Assembly (NCBI GenBank): GCA_012295275.1
Contig: CM022670.1
Location: 6,076,001 to 6,140,000, forward strand
DNA from: Chrysomallon squamiferum
Taxonomy: Eukaryota; Animalia; Mollusca
Reading direction: 5' to 3'
Length of the DNA stretch: 64,000 nucleotides
The position numbers and the translations under genes are program-made. A model generated the notes under the pieces. It saw only the letters and a list, made by a program, of their open reading frames with translations, had not been told where the DNA came from and ran no database searches. Below are positions 42,501 to 61,590 of this stretch, one piece after another. Positions within the stretch are counted from its first letter, which is position 1. The number at the start of each line of letters is the position of its first letter.

Positions 42501-45500
42501 AGGTTTTGATGGCATTTGGCATTTTTGGTATTAGTTTCCAATTCATGAATATGCATGCATATTGGTAACATTTGTCATAAAACATGAATGATGATGTTTT
42601 GTAATTGCAGTTGGCTGCTGTAGAAGAGGAATCTAGGAGGGAGACAAAAGAAAAAGAAACTCTACTTAGTGAACTCACAGAGCTGAGAGAAAAACATGTA
42701 TGTTGTTATTTCTTACAGTGTAACTTAGATATGTCAGTGTTTATTTAGTACTGGTGTGAGAGACAAATTATTTTGAGTTTATCTGTAATTCGTGGGACAT
42801 TGGCTAAAGATGTTGTAAAGAAAGGCAGTAGAGAGTGCATAGTTCAGAGAAAAACAAAAACATTATTTGTCTAAGTTTTAAGTTTTATCTGAAATTTAAC
42901 TATTACTTATTTTTATTTTTATATTTGATTTGTTTATTTTCTTTTGCAGTAAGGTTTATACTGACCTTTTTCTCAGTTTATTTTTATTATAAAATGTTAC
43001 AGACAAACAAGAAGAATAGTGTTATGTTTATTTTATAACTTTATTAACATTACAGATAAACACTGAAAACAGTTTATGTTACGTAACTTTATTTTAAAAT
43101 GTTACAGATAAATGCATCGAACAGTGTTATGTTATATAAAATTTTAAAATGTTACAGATAAACACAGAGAACAGTGTTATGTTATATAAAATTTTTAAAT
43201 GTTACAGATAAGCACAGAGAACAAGTGTTATGTTATATAAAAATTTTAAATGTTACAGATAAGCACAGAGAACAGTGTTATGTTATATAAAATTTTTAAA
43301 TGTTACAGATAAGCACAGAGAACAGTGTTATGTTATATAAAAATTTTAAATGTTACAGATAGACAGAGCAGTGTTATGTTTTATAAAAATTTTAAATATT
43401 ACAGATAAGCACAGAGAACAGTGTTATGTTATATAAAAATTTTAAATGTTACAGATAGACAGAGAGCAGTGTTATGTTATATAAAAATTTTAAATATTAC
43501 AGATAAGCACAGAGAACACAGTGTCGGAGCTGTGGCAGCAGATAACACGCCACGAAGGCGAGTACACCAACTACGTGGCTCGCTGTCAGGAGATGGAGCA
43601 GAATCTCAAACAGCTCAGCGAGTACAAGAAGAAACTGCAGGAGGAAGGAGAGAAGTGTTCTGCACAGAAGACGTTGCTGGAGAAACAGTACCGCAGCATC
43701 GACAACAAATACCAGAATCAGCTAGAGAAAGACCACAAGTCGTCTCGTAACCTCAACTCTCAGATTAAACAAGCCTCGGAAATCAACTCTAAACTGATCA
43801 AACAGCTGCATGATCTCAGAGAAACTGTGTGTCAGAAAGACAAAACTATCAAAGAGGTTAACAATTTATTGTCATTACTTTTTTCATTTTAATTAATTAA
43901 TTAATTTATTTTTCTTTGATATGTGCTGATCTGTGTGCCAGTGTGAAAGTAATTCTCATCTGTTGTTGTTTTAGCTGGAGAACACAGCACAGAGACCCAG
44001 TGAGTGGATGAAACAGAAAACTCAGAAACTGACAGAGGCTCTGGAAGTGCAGAGAAAAGTGGCAGCTAAATACAAAGAACAATTTGAGAACCTTGAGAAG
44101 AAATACAGTATGTCGATACAATTTCTTTATTATTCAGAATAGCCTTTGATGTGATAATTCACCATCTAGCATTTAACACTTGTAGATCTCTCTGTAGTGA
44201 AATAATTTACTTCATTGTCTTTAGCATTTTTATTTTATTTAATAATTTGTTTTATATTCATTTTTTTCAGTAGTATTTTCATATTATTCAGTAACTTTTA
44301 TTATAATCTCTTATAAAACTGAAATATGCTGAGACACAATATTTGTCACTCTTGTTATCTGCCTACAGTGTTGCCCTGATTTTGTTAGTAAGACTGGGTT
44401 TTTTTTTTAGGTGAGCATATTGAGAGTTTAGAGTCTGAGCTGAAGACAGCTCGCTTACAGGCAGAGCAGTATCGAAACCAACTAGACCAGGCAGGAACTG
44501 CACTACTGGGAGATAACTCTGTCTTTAGACAACAGATGGCATTACATGATGACAGTCTGGAAGGTAGAAAAAACAACTTAAAATATTGAATTATCTCAAA
44601 CACTATGGAGTTTTTTTTTAAATTATTATTCCGTGTTGATTTTTGGTGCTGTTAATAGTGTTTCAGTGATGGTAAATCAAATGCAGCTGTCACAATACAG
44701 ATTGAGAATCCTTTATCCGAAATTCTTGGGACAGATGTGTTTTGAATTTTGTAATTTTCCAATTTTTTGAATATATAGTTAATACAAGCCTGAGAATAGG
44801 ATCTAAGTCTGAATACAAATTCCATATGTTTCATATACACCTTATCCAAGTAGTTTGCAAGAATTATTTATTTTTTTAATTATTTTTCTGTTCTATTTAA
44901 ATTTTGTGCATAAAATAAAATTTGTGCAAGCAAAACGGTAAACATTCTGTAAGATATTACTATTTCTGCTGAATGATGTTGGAATTTCAGACTAGGAATC
45001 CTCAACCTGTATTTACATTTCTGTGGAGGAATTTTTTTATTTTAAAAATAAATAATTCTATTACTTGTTTTGCATTCGTGTGTGCTTATTTTATTATTTT
45101 TAAATTATACCAAGAATGTTCACTACAGATAAAGTTTATTAATAATTTACTAAGAAATATCTCATTAAATAGTCACATAAATTGGGATTATGTGTATATT
45201 TGTGAAATAGTATGATATGCTTTTTGAAACTGGTTTACATGTTTATCTATATCGGATACATTTTGAAACGTGGTTACATTTTAAATCTTGGTTATGTGTT
45301 TAACTAATATTTCAGATGATCATTTCAACGACTCACTGCAGTCACCAAGCAGCACAACGTCTCACTACAACTTGAGATCATCAGCTAGTTCTCTTCACAG
45401 CATGGCATCGGCACCAGCTGTGAAACTGTTCAGTCAGCAGTCATCACAACAGTCTCTTCACAACCCTTCCACTAAGAAGTAAACTGAGAAAATTTGACCT

Positions 45501-47684
45501 TTTCACCTCATCCAATACATCTTTTCATACAGCATATTCATTCTCACTTGTACTTTAATCAAAATATATTTTTTTCAAGTGTTAGATAAGAATAGGAATG
45601 TTTTTTTTAAACAATTTGTTGTACATGAATGCATTTGTATATCCATGTCTTTTAGAAAATACACTTGTAAGAACTAGTTTTGAAAAAGTTATTAAAAAAA
45701 TTAGAAACAAGAGAGCAAACAATGGATCAGATTTGGGGTTTTGCTATTTCATAATTTTGAAAATGTTATTTAAGACATTTCTAACAAAGCAGCCAGTTTT
45801 TTATTTTTCTCATGTTAAATTTATTTCAGTGAGACGTCGTACGTTCGCAGATCGACGTCTGTGTTACCTAGAAAAGTGAGCTCAATGTCACTGACTGGTT
45901 CTGGAGAAGGCAAACGACAAGCTCCTGTCAACTTGATGCGTATGTAGTTCACTACATGTGTGTTTTTAATTAATTAGTTTCTTTGCACCTTCTGTTGCCT
46001 GTACTTTTGTGTTTATGTAGAAGATGCATTTAATTTACACCTATAAATTGATTCCTTGTCTTTATATAGAGGAAATATTAAAAACAAAAAATTCTTTTTT
46101 TTATGTGTGTGTGTGTGTGTGTGTGTGAGTGTAAAACAAAATATTTTGTCATTTATACCTATCTATGTTATAAATTATCAGCTAAACTGAATCAAGCTGT
46201 ATTAAAACTTTGCGTTTCTGTGTGACTTTCAGAAGGCACAGGTACACTGTTTTCCTGTGAGGATGAACCTCCCGTGTTTGAGTGGAATCGACTCAGTGAA
46301 CTGCAGCGCCGCAACACGCTGTGTCTGCCTCACATGCGAAGTTGTTACCCTGTCGAGACACAGGGTTTTCCACTACAGAAAGTAGAGGAGGAAAACAAGA
46401 CTGAGTCAACAGTCACAGATGAGAAACAAGGCAAAACTGACATCATGAAAGTTGAAGACGGACCCACAGCTTTGCTGTTGTGCGACTCCAGAAAACAAGT
46501 ACATTTAAAGAAAAACAATATTTTTTGGCTTGTGTTTCACTAAATTTGTTATTATATTTGTTTAGAAGTATTAAATACATTTTATTTTATTATGCATATC
46601 TTATATAAAATGTTGAAGTTGTTTAAAAAATCACATTTAAAACTGAGAATTTCTATTTAGTTGTGAGGCTTTGGAAACCGTTCAAGTTATAAAAATTGAA
46701 AACTGTGGTATCAGGTGTGTAATAATTGTTTATTTTTGACAGGTTCGACATTCCACTGTCTATCAGAAGCCAGGCCCGCCCACTCCTAACGCTCACGTGC
46801 AGTCTGTGACAAAACGAAGCACAGCTCGCCTGTCAATGACTCCTCGCAGCACGTCGGGGAAAACACCAAATGTGACAAGTAGCAAGAAGAAAGGAAGAAA
46901 ACAAACACCTAGACGAGGGTTGAGAAAATCTCCAAGAACCCCGCCCGTGTCGTCCAGGGACACAGAAAACAGGAGCTCAAGTAGAAAGGTAATCATCACC
47001 TACCAACCATTTAAGAAACAAAGTATGAACATTTTGTAATAAATTGTTTTAATTCTAGAAACTTGTATTTTCAGTTTGTCATTGAATATTCTTCATTTTT
47101 TGGATATAATTTTACACTTTGTAAATATTTTGTTAAAAAGAAAATATAATTTAGTAATGATTAAGGCTTATTGAATTTCTACTTTAGTGTAAAATATGGC
47201 TTATAATTTTTTTTTTTTATAATTATTTTGTTTTTATTTTGTTAAACAAGATTGTAGTTACAAGATATATATAATCATTGTAACAAAATAAATCATATAA
47301 AAAGTTTCCAGGCATTATGCTTCTCTACAGTAATATTCAGTTGCAGTAGGAAAAAGAAAACCTGCACTTTTCTGAAGTAAAAAAACCAATGTTTATAAAA
47401 AATAATTTCAGAAAAACAAACGTGAGAGTGTTGCGTACAGCATTGGGTTTTCTCCGGTGCAGAGTAAGAGCAGCAGACAACTGAAACGTCAGATTGCATT
47501 CATCCAGAAACAGCCCGAGGAGAAGAAGACGAAGGTTAGTAATCTCATCAAAATGTTTGAACAGAAAAACAACAAAACTCCACTCAAGTCGGTGAAAAAA
47601 ATGGCTTCCAGCCTCATGAAGATGCTAACACCAAAGCGAAACAAAATACAACCTGTTAACTGTAGTCCTTTCCTTAATTTATAA
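28812..47684 (+). CDS. NUMA1: Nuclear mitotic apparatus protein (NuMA/Mud/LIN-5 family), about 25 exons
   Basis: Hook/CH-type N-terminus across exons 28812-28847, 29174-29262, 29618-29688, 29837-29937 and 30227-30413 (MDPGKKCAIIEW|V..DLQNG..ELEIAK|VVFAVLL). SPKTPLGEFMQSPQ resembles NuMA SPMGDILQTPQ. Giant coiled-coil exon 37391-42025. C-terminal LGN/microtubule-binding motif CEDEPPVFEWNRLSELQRRNTLCLPHMRSCYPVETQ (about 46255-46365). Basic TP/SP-rich tail; stop at 47684. Confidence 0.92.
30437..30555. repeat. (TTA)n microsatellite
   Basis: Direct inspection. Confidence 0.9.
38575..39280 (+). repeat. Coding 42-bp minisatellite (ETLNSEVNELKIHN, about 16 copies)
   Basis: Near-identical 42-nt units in the NuMA giant exon. 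Confidence 0.95.
39400..40165 (+). repeat. Second coding 42-bp array (ESRNTVESLQNELT-like) with higher-order duplications
   Basis: The block SLHSDLSESRSTVESLKSDLTESRNTVESLQNELSQLRNTVE occurs three times almost identically. Confidence 0.9.
41160..41300 (+). repeat. Coding 33-bp repeat (ERQAEEQMRET, about 4 copies)
   Basis: Visible in the DNA and the ORF translation. Confidence 0.85.
42990..43518 (+). repeat. Tandem array of about 50-bp units, each containing the NuMA 3' splice site plus exon start
   Basis: TTACAG ends at about 43002, 43055, 43107, 43157, 43207, 43258, 43308, 43358, 43404, 43454 and 43502. The last copy opens the coding exon (ISTENTVSELWQ). Confidence 0.9.
44698..45009 (+). 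mobile_element. Tigger4/Zombi-like MITE in a NuMA intron
   Basis: TA-flanked on both sides (44696-44697, 45010-45011). TIRs CAGATTGAGAATCCT / AGGAATCCTCAACCTG. Internal segments TATCCGAAAT.CTTGGGAC and TGTTTCATATACACCTTAT match my recollection of the Tigger4 consensus. Confidence 0.8.
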
Positions 47685-49104
47685 AAAATGTGAATTTTAT
47701 ACACTTGTTAATTTTATTACATAGTTTACATAATGTTTATACCTTTTACATGATATATTTATGAATGTCTGTTTGTGAAACTTTTTGAATGAATGATGAA
47801 TGTTTTTAATTTATGACTGTGTTTGATGTTTGTAGTTTAATGTATGTCATTATTTATTGTGTTCAGTTTCTTACTGCGGTACTGTTTCTTTACATTGTTT
47901 TCCATCTGAACAAATAAGATAATATAACCAAATGCTTTAATGACATCTTTATTAAAGAAATTCACCGAAACAAGCATTGTAAAAACAGTAGTCTTATTTT
48001 ACTAAATTATGTTAAACTGAAAAATTGCATACTTATATTCCTCATTTTGATATATTTTTAGATAAATACTTAGTCTTTCTGTTTAATCATGCAATTTTGA
48101 CAAAATACCAAATTCACTATTACATCAAAAATAAAAATTCAATTTAAATTTCTGTTTTAAGCATTACATTTTACATACAATACAAATATTATGGTGCTGT
48201 CATTTACTTACAGTAAATAAATAAATATACAAATAAATATAGTATTCCTGATATAAAAACTGTAAGTGTAATAGTGAAATATTTTCTCAAACTCAGCGAT
48301 ATGCCATGGTAGACAGAAAACCATTGATGTCTCTCTTCTCTTGTACTAAAGGTATCATGTAGACACATAATCTGTTGTCTTGTAGTGGTCTTTATATATA
48401 GTAATATATATGTAAAGGTATCTAGACTGCATATACTAGTAAGAAACACATTCAGCTATGTGATGTTGTACAGTAATATGTATATTAAAATATAACATAT
48501 AGAGGATCATTTAAGTAAAAACTGTTACAGGTTTCAAAATGTATAACTACATATTTTTATATTTGTCATACAAACATACCTAATCACATTATGTATGTTT
48601 ATTTGGAGATAGGCTTTAATATATTTCAAAATATAGTTTTTTGGTGCAGTGTTTGGCATTTGTATTACTTGTGCATCCCATGTGAAATGACCTATGTAAA
48701 ATAGTGCAAGATTAGTCTGATTCATGCACAAGATAAATAAATAGTGATAAACTGATGATAAATAATTGAACTGCTCCTATCTGTGCTTGTGTTTGAAGTG
48801 AAAAGCTATCTCAAATTTTAATATAATTTAATATAATTTGTGTATAATAAGAATATTCAGGATTTCATTTTATTATTATTATTTTTTTTAGTATAAACAT
48901 TTAATAAAAATGTAACTATTTGGTGCCTGTTTGGTGTTATCACAGTGTATGTTAGCTTATTAGTGACAAACTTGCTGTGTAGTTTCTCTCTATCACTTTT
49001 CTTACTTGTAGCAGCCTGTAAGACAAACACTCAGCTTTCGGTACGCAGCTTTCTCTATTTATTTATTATACTTCATCTTATACTGAGAAATGACTGGCAC
49101 ACTG

Positions 49105-49330
49105 CTCACTATAGTACTTTTATATTTCATCTAAAACTATATCTATACTAAGAAAACGCTAGCACCTTTTGCTTATTTTATTCATTACACCAGCAGTATT
49201 TTTATATTTCATCTAATATTATATCTATATTAAGAAAATATGACACATTGCTTATTTTATTTATTAAACCAGCAGCAATTTTACACTTCATCTAATATTA
49301 TATTTATATTAAGAAAACACCAGCACTTGT
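49105..49330. repeat. Three copies of a tandem repeat of about 80 bp
   Basis: Unit TTTATATTTCATCTAA..ATCTATATTAAGAAAA..CAC repeated. Confidence 0.65.
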
Positions 49331-52104
49331 TGCTTTCACAATCTTCAACACACCTTAAACATCTGCTGGAAACTCTTTTTTCGGTTTTTTATATGCATGT
49401 TTCTATTGTTCATGATAGAAAGTTAAGTAATGTTATGAGTTGCATGCTGTTCTGCACCATGGCTACTCTTCAAAACCTTTCTTGCACTCTATAATGAGAA
49501 TTTGACATTCAGTACATAAAATAGGTGGGGAGTGGGTGTGTATTTTTTATTTGTATTGATTTTTAAGTATTATAAAAAAAAAAGATTAATAACAATAATT
49601 AAAAAAAAATAATTAACTGATGAAACTCAGATTAAGATCTTTTTATTTATAATCAATTTTATGTTGGTAACTTTATTAAAAGAATTTTTTGATTATTATT
49701 ATTATAAAATATATCAGTGTTTAGTCTTTATAAAGTCATTTATAAAAATGAGATATGTAACTAATTTTTACAGTATTTATTTCTAATACCTGGTCTTTCT
49801 TTTCTGATTTCAGGTAGCTAGAGCTCCTCTCAGATTACGAAATCTTTTCCAGTCTGGGTTTTGATATGAATGTTTTAAATTAGAGTACATAACAAGTTTG
49901 TAATACTTTTATTTGGTACTATCCAGAATCTTTTTTCAGATGTTTCTAACACAGCAGTAGTAAGAATAAAAAAAAAAAAAAATCAAATTTCTGTTTAGAT
50001 GCAAGTATTTAAGGTAATGGATTGCTGGTTAGTATTAGTAAGATTGGGGAGTGGTGTAAATACTCAGATGTTATTAAATATTTAACAGAAGTGAGTTATT
50101 CACTTAGTAACGTTTGTACATACTTTGATAATTTTTAACTTTTACAGTTACCTATCTGATTATGTAGCTTTATAATTTCATTAGTTTGTAGCCTGTACTT
50201 TATAGTGAATGCTGATCGTTATAAAAATGTCTCTCCCTTTTTATTTTTATTTTGAAGAGATTTTCAAAATACAAGTTGAATATTAATTCCTAACCAAATG
50301 TTTTGACTATAAAACTCAAAATACCTAGTATCTTATAAAAAAAATAATTCATATTTATATGTTACTTTAGAAGAAACAATTTTTTATGACATATTTTGTT
50401 TACAATAAGATAATTATTATGTTCCTGGTTATTATTTTTAAAAAAAGAATAAATAAAATATAATGAGAATGATGGTTGTGAAATAAGGTATTTTTATAAC
50501 AAATACTTGGTTAGTGATTGTCATCAGCAAAAATGAACATTTAAAGAAAACTTACAATTGTGTCTCTTATCATCAAAAACTATAAAACCTAAGACTGTTC
50601 AGATATTTTTTTTACATAATTTAGCATACATTATATATATATATATATATCTTTTTGGGCACATTGTTTTCTTACATACATCACTCAACACAGTCACACA
50701 CATACACACATGCACATGCACACACACATGCTACTGCAGAGAACAAAATATAGATGTATAATAAAAATTACTATTCTCCATTTTTATACACCATCATCCC
50801 CTTTTTGGTCCATACTTCTATACACAACAGCTTGAATACTATTAACTAATTTAACACAAACACAACTTAGTGAAGTAATTATTTTGTTTTGACCTTACAC
50901 GTATGTTTATTTTTTAACAATGATTCATGGAAATATTTTTCATCAAACAGTATAGATTGGTTTCAAAATAATAAATTATTTTTGTAAATATTTATTGATT
51001 GATAAAACATTGTACAAAATTTGCAATGCTGAAAGAAATGTGAAAAATGTACATGCTTATTTATATGTAATAAACATCAACCCAAACAAATGACTTTTTT
51101 CTTTTATGAACTAGAATTCTGAGTTAGAAAACTTGGTGATAGGTTGAAAGTTTGCTCTACCAAAATACTTCTTCTAAGACAATTGTTTTTTTAATTTTTT
51201 TTTTTTTAATTTTTTTTTTTAATGTTTAAGTGTATTTACAAAAACAAACTTTCTTTTTTAAATAGAAAATTTTGGGAACACATACCTAATATATAAACAT
51301 ACATTTTTAATATTCAAGAATAATTTGCATTCATATTTGTTTACACACTACTGCCATATTGACATTCACTGAATTCACCCCATTTTACCAAAAATAAAAA
51401 ATAATCTAAACAAATAAAAGGTGAGCAACAAAATTTCAAGAAAATGATACGATTTTAAAACAAAAAAAATAAAAGTAAAGTAAAGCTACTTTGAAATCAA
51501 AATAAATACCCAGCAGATAAGGTCAAATTTTTTCCCTTGAATTAAAGGTTTTAACTATATTAACACATTTTAATATTAATCCTTTGGTCTAGGGCCATTT
51601 TGAAATTAATACACAAGACCCACATGCTGTGTTATACATGGTCAGCAAGCCTCATTTCAAATAATTATCTCAAACTGCCATTTGGGACACACAGTGTATG
51701 CTTTTCTTGTCTGATTGAAAACTGGGACCATTCCACAGAGTTAATGGTTATTGATTATTATTTTCATACATTTTTAAGATGAACACAACTGCTATTGTTT
51801 TCACAATTAATTAAATAAATAATATAGAGTTGTGAAAATAAAAAAAACAAATGGTGTTGTTAACACAATTATTTAAATGTGAAGTTAATATACAGCTTTG
51901 TGAATATTAATATTTAAATAACAAAGTGTTGTGAAAATAATTTTATAAATAACACAAACTCTGTGATTGGCTTAAATTTTTAATGTACATTATTTTTGTC
52001 ATCACTAATTTGCATAAATAAAACATACAACATGAAACTCTCTCACGTTCACAACATGATGTATTTACAGACACAATGAAACACACTTCCCAACCAGTCA
52101 CATG

Positions 52105-57230
<5,126 letters not shown>

Positions 57231-58674
57231 CTTTTTTTTTATTCACCAGTTATCAAATTATCTCCCCTGACAGAATTTGTTACTGCGTCACTCCTCGCTG
57301 TTTCGATGTTCACGAAATAATTTTATTATCGTCCTGTTGAAATACCAGTAAGATATATCTATATGCAACTATAAGACATTTATGACAAAAAGAAACACTA
57401 CATATATCTCTAAATCCAGCACTGAAAAATAATAACCAAAATACTGAGAAAGATAATCAGCACACAAGGAAACTCATCTTGGGCCGAGATAATCAATTTC
57501 ACTGTGAATAAATTTTATGTTTGTGTTCATACTACCATTAATCCTATATTCTGTATAGTGATTTTATTATTTATTTATTTATGTTTATATATTTTTTCTC
57601 CTATCGAGAGAAAACGTTTACTTGGACTGTGTATAAGGAAATGAACGCATGTTAAATGATGTTTCAGGACCCATACATTAATAGTAACAGTTATTTGATA
57701 CTTATGTTTTAATATATAATGATTTAAGAGAGGAATCCCGTTGCCATTACCCAGCGGTGGTCTGCCTTTACCTGTTAACAGGAATAAACCGTTTACATGT
57801 ATTTTCCACTGTTCTGATAAATAATGATAGAGCACTGGCTGTCACAGGATACAGTGTAGTGAGGAGGTTTGACCCTGGTTCCTGTCACACTTCAGTCGGA
57901 ATTTGTGTATAAGGGAAAGGTGAATTACACAAATAAAATAAACTAAAGTAAAGTCCATCTGCATTTGCCAACTCATTTTATTTTTATTTTATTATTATTT
58001 CAAAATTTTATTCGTATATTTTTATTACTTTATTATTTTTTATTAATATTATTATTATACATACATGTGTTTGTGTGTGTATGTATGTGTGTGGGTGTAT
58101 GTGTATATATAAATATTTATTATTAGTAGTAGTAGTAGTAGTATTTATTATTATTAGTAGTATTTTTGTTTTATATTAACAATTGTTTATCAACAACTGA
58201 AACAAAAAGACCTTTTATAATAATAATAATTTAAAAAAAAGAAGAAGAAAAAGCAACAACCCACAAACAAAACAAATAATAATGAAATGTTTTTATTATT
58301 TATTTTAATTAAATACTGACAAATATACAAAATACTGAAATATTTGAAAGAAAAATTCATGGATATATATGAGCAATACATTTGGGGCAAGCTTGCATTT
58401 ACTACAGAATAATAATAATAATTAAAAAAAAAAACGTCGCTGCTCTGTGTCAATGATGCTGTAATGGCAGCTAAAAAACATAATATCGTCTTCTGTATCA
58501 AAAAATAAATAAAATAAGCATGACGGCAGATATACATGAAATAAACATTTCATGATTGCACTGGATAAAACCAGTTGGTGTAATAATAATCATAATAACA
58601 ATAATAATGAAAACATTAACAGTAACAATAATAAAACGATGATGATGATGATGATGATGATGTTGATGATGACG

Positions 58675-58709
<35 letters not shown>

Positions 58710-59274
58710 TGTTATAACGGTAGGCCTAATGGAATGGGAGGTTCATATTTCAATGTATTGTCGTGGAATGTGTATTATGTAATATTTAATTATATTGTAA
58801 CTGTCAGTAAAATTCTCTAGGCTACTTTTAGACGTCTACATTCCATTGTAATGTTTCTTCTTTTTCTTCCTTATTGACATAAAATCCAGAGAACGAGGCA
58901 GTGAAAAACGTTTTTAAATAAACGTATTTTTGAAAGCAAGCATAATGTGATTTGTAGAATAAATTTAAAAAAAAATAAAAATAAAAATTAAATAAACTGT
59001 CCGGTTTTAAACAAAAACTATTTTAGAGTTTTCCGGGATCAGTTAACAGAATGATGCTCAAATGCACGTTTTTTCGTTTCTTATTTTCCTATGTCATGCT
59101 CTTTGGGATTAAACCGTTACTGCATAGAACGAACAACGAACAGAAGAAATAATGTTTCTAGACTCAGTGTAGTTTATTCTAACTGTATACAAACTAACAT
59201 TATAACAAATTACATTTGCAAGTTCCCTTGCAGTTCATTGTAAGCATATAAGATTTATATAACAATACTGCATC

Positions 59275-60913
59275 TCACAGAGCCATAATAACAGATTTCA
59301 TGTAAGCTGCGGAAACAAGCGACGCATACGGCTGCCATTCTTTCTTCCTGCCGTCTTCGTAGTCACACGTGCCTCGAATGACGAGAAAACTTTCATTACG
59401 ATTTCCCTCCAGCGAGTCTATGACAGCCTCGTAGTCGTGGTCAAAACACTTGATTCCGTTCATCTGCGAGAAATCGAACTTGAGTTCCTGGTTCTTGGAG
59501 ACGATTCTGCCTGAAGCTACAGCACCACATGCAACTCGCACTCTTCCTTCAACGTAGTTCCTCGCGTCCAAACCTTTCGGTCGAGGATGTTCAATCTGGA
59601 CCAGGGTTCCGTCCGGCTTTGAGTAAAACAGTTTGTCTGTCCAGATCTTTGGTCTGTGGAACTTGGACTCCTGTCCTTTGAGAACGATTTCTCCTTCTTC
59701 GATGTACTTTTCCCATGGCGTCGTCCCCATGGGAGATGTCGTTGGGTTGGCGTCTCGAAGTTTTTTGACAACCTTCTGAAGTGTGTCATCTCTGGAATCC
59801 CAGGCTCGTGTCACGTAGCTGTAGCCCAGGCTGTTGGGGATTTTTTCAACCTTGGAACAGAAGATATACATGCCACAGTTCTGATCGTCGGGCATGGAAA
59901 CGACAACGTCACCAAGACGAATGTGTTTGTTGTAGTCGGAGAAGTGTGGAACAGCACCACCAACACCAACAACGAAAACATGCTCGACTTTGTTAAATGT
60001 TCCTGTGAAACAAAAGGAAAATATTTGTTAGCAGTTATACGAAATGATGTCTTTTTAGATGTGTATAGGTATGTGTAGGTGTGCATGTGTGTGTGTGTGG
60101 TTGTCAATAGTTTTAACAGAGAGATATACACAGTATATTCCGGTATCTCTGTATCAACATCAGGTCGATTTGCTCCTAACATAAATGTTATTTTATTTAT
60201 TTATTTTATACATTTTTTTTTTTAATGTCCTTTATATAGTACATAAGTGTCCCTATGCAAAGTAATTTATACCTCGTCTGACAAGTAAATTGGTCTAAAT
60301 CAAGTTGCATTACAACTTTGCAAAGTGTTTTAATTTTTTTTTTTTTTTCTTTCTTTTTGCCCACCCCTTTTCGTCTCTGGTTTCAATGCTATGCCCTCTT
60401 TCCGGTGATAATTGTCATGTCAGCAGTGCTAAAAATAACTATAAATCTTATTACCTTTCTTTTTACCAGCTCGATCGTTTATTATGACGTCACTAAATTA
60501 CCCACTAATAAACAATTGTCACACTATTGTTCACTACATAAGGAGTGGGGCAACAGTGTCTTTATACAGAATAGGTTTGGTGTTTTCAAGAAAAGATTTT
60601 AACTAAAGTTTCTTTTAATTTTACTATTTTTTCTTTCTTTCACATTTCTAGCTCAATATATATATTTTATATATAAATCCAAATTTCATATAGCTTTTTA
60701 CTTCAACTAACCAAACTATATTTCCATGAACCTAAACCGTTTAAAATTAATTATGTTTTTGATGGTTTTGAAGTATTAATTCTGTTTATGGAGGATTTGC
60801 TAAAACATTAAAACTATTATATATTACATTTTTTAATTTTTAATGATTTTTATTTGTTTTATTGTTTTAGTTTGTTTTTGTTATTTGTTCGTTTTGTTTG
60901 TTTGTTTGTTTGT

Positions 60914-60984
<71 letters not shown>

Positions 60985-61147
60985 TTTTGTTTGTTTTTTG
61001 AATTATTTTTTATATTTATACCTAATAATCTTGTCACTGTGTTCTCAGCTGCGATTTCACCCGCCTCGCCACTCTGTAGTCGCGACAGTTTTGTCGAAAC
61101 GACGTTGTACTTGCCGATGTGGCCAACGGTATAAACCTGCGACTCCC
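59275..61147 (-). CDS. Last two exons of a PNP_UDP_1 (purine nucleoside phosphorylase / MTA-SAH nucleosidase fold) domain protein; 5' coding part not found in the window
   Basis: Exon 61147-61022 (GESQVYTVGHIGKYNVVSTKL..TVTRLL) splices in phase 1 to 60002-59275 (GTFNKVEHVFVVGVGGAVPH..HIRLGDVVVSMP..IRGTCDYEDGRKKEWQPYASLVSAAYMKSVIMAL*). Confidence 0.85.
60890..60985. repeat. (TTTG)n(TTTA)n microsatellite
   Basis: Direct inspection. Confidence 0.9.
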
Positions 61148-61329
61148 CTAGTGAAAAACAAAGAAAATTAACAAGATGAGGATACAATTGTTTGCTAAAT
61201 ACATACAGTTTAAATGGAGATTAATTATATTAACTGTAGAATATTTTTTATTTTAAAAAAGTAATAATAAATAAACTATAAACAACAATATCAGAAATTT
61301 CAAAAGAAGTGAAAAAGATAAAACATATG

Positions 61330-61487
61330 TAATAATAATAATAAGAAGAAAAATAACAAAATAACAATAATTACAATAATAATAATAAGATGATGATGAT
61401 GAACTACAACAACAACAACAGTAACAGTAACAGTAACAGTAACAGTAACAGTAACAATAACAATAACAATAACAATAACAATAATAA

Positions 61488-61539
<52 letters not shown>

Positions 61540-61590
61540 GAAGAAGAAGAAGAAGAAGAAGAAGAAAAAGAAGAAGAAGACGACGAAGGA
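61330..61590. repeat. Compound microsatellite (AAT/ACAGTA/AAG)
   Basis: Direct inspection. Confidence 0.9.

Noticed and set aside
42990-43518. Regularly spaced repeats superficially like a CRISPR array
   Set aside because: No unique spacers, no cas genes, and a eukaryotic intron context; it is a tandem repeat.
47700-52100. Possible gene between NuMA and RNF121 (the position of IL18BP in human)
   Set aside because: No coherent exon chain or protein-like ORF; consistent with 3' UTR or intergenic DNA.
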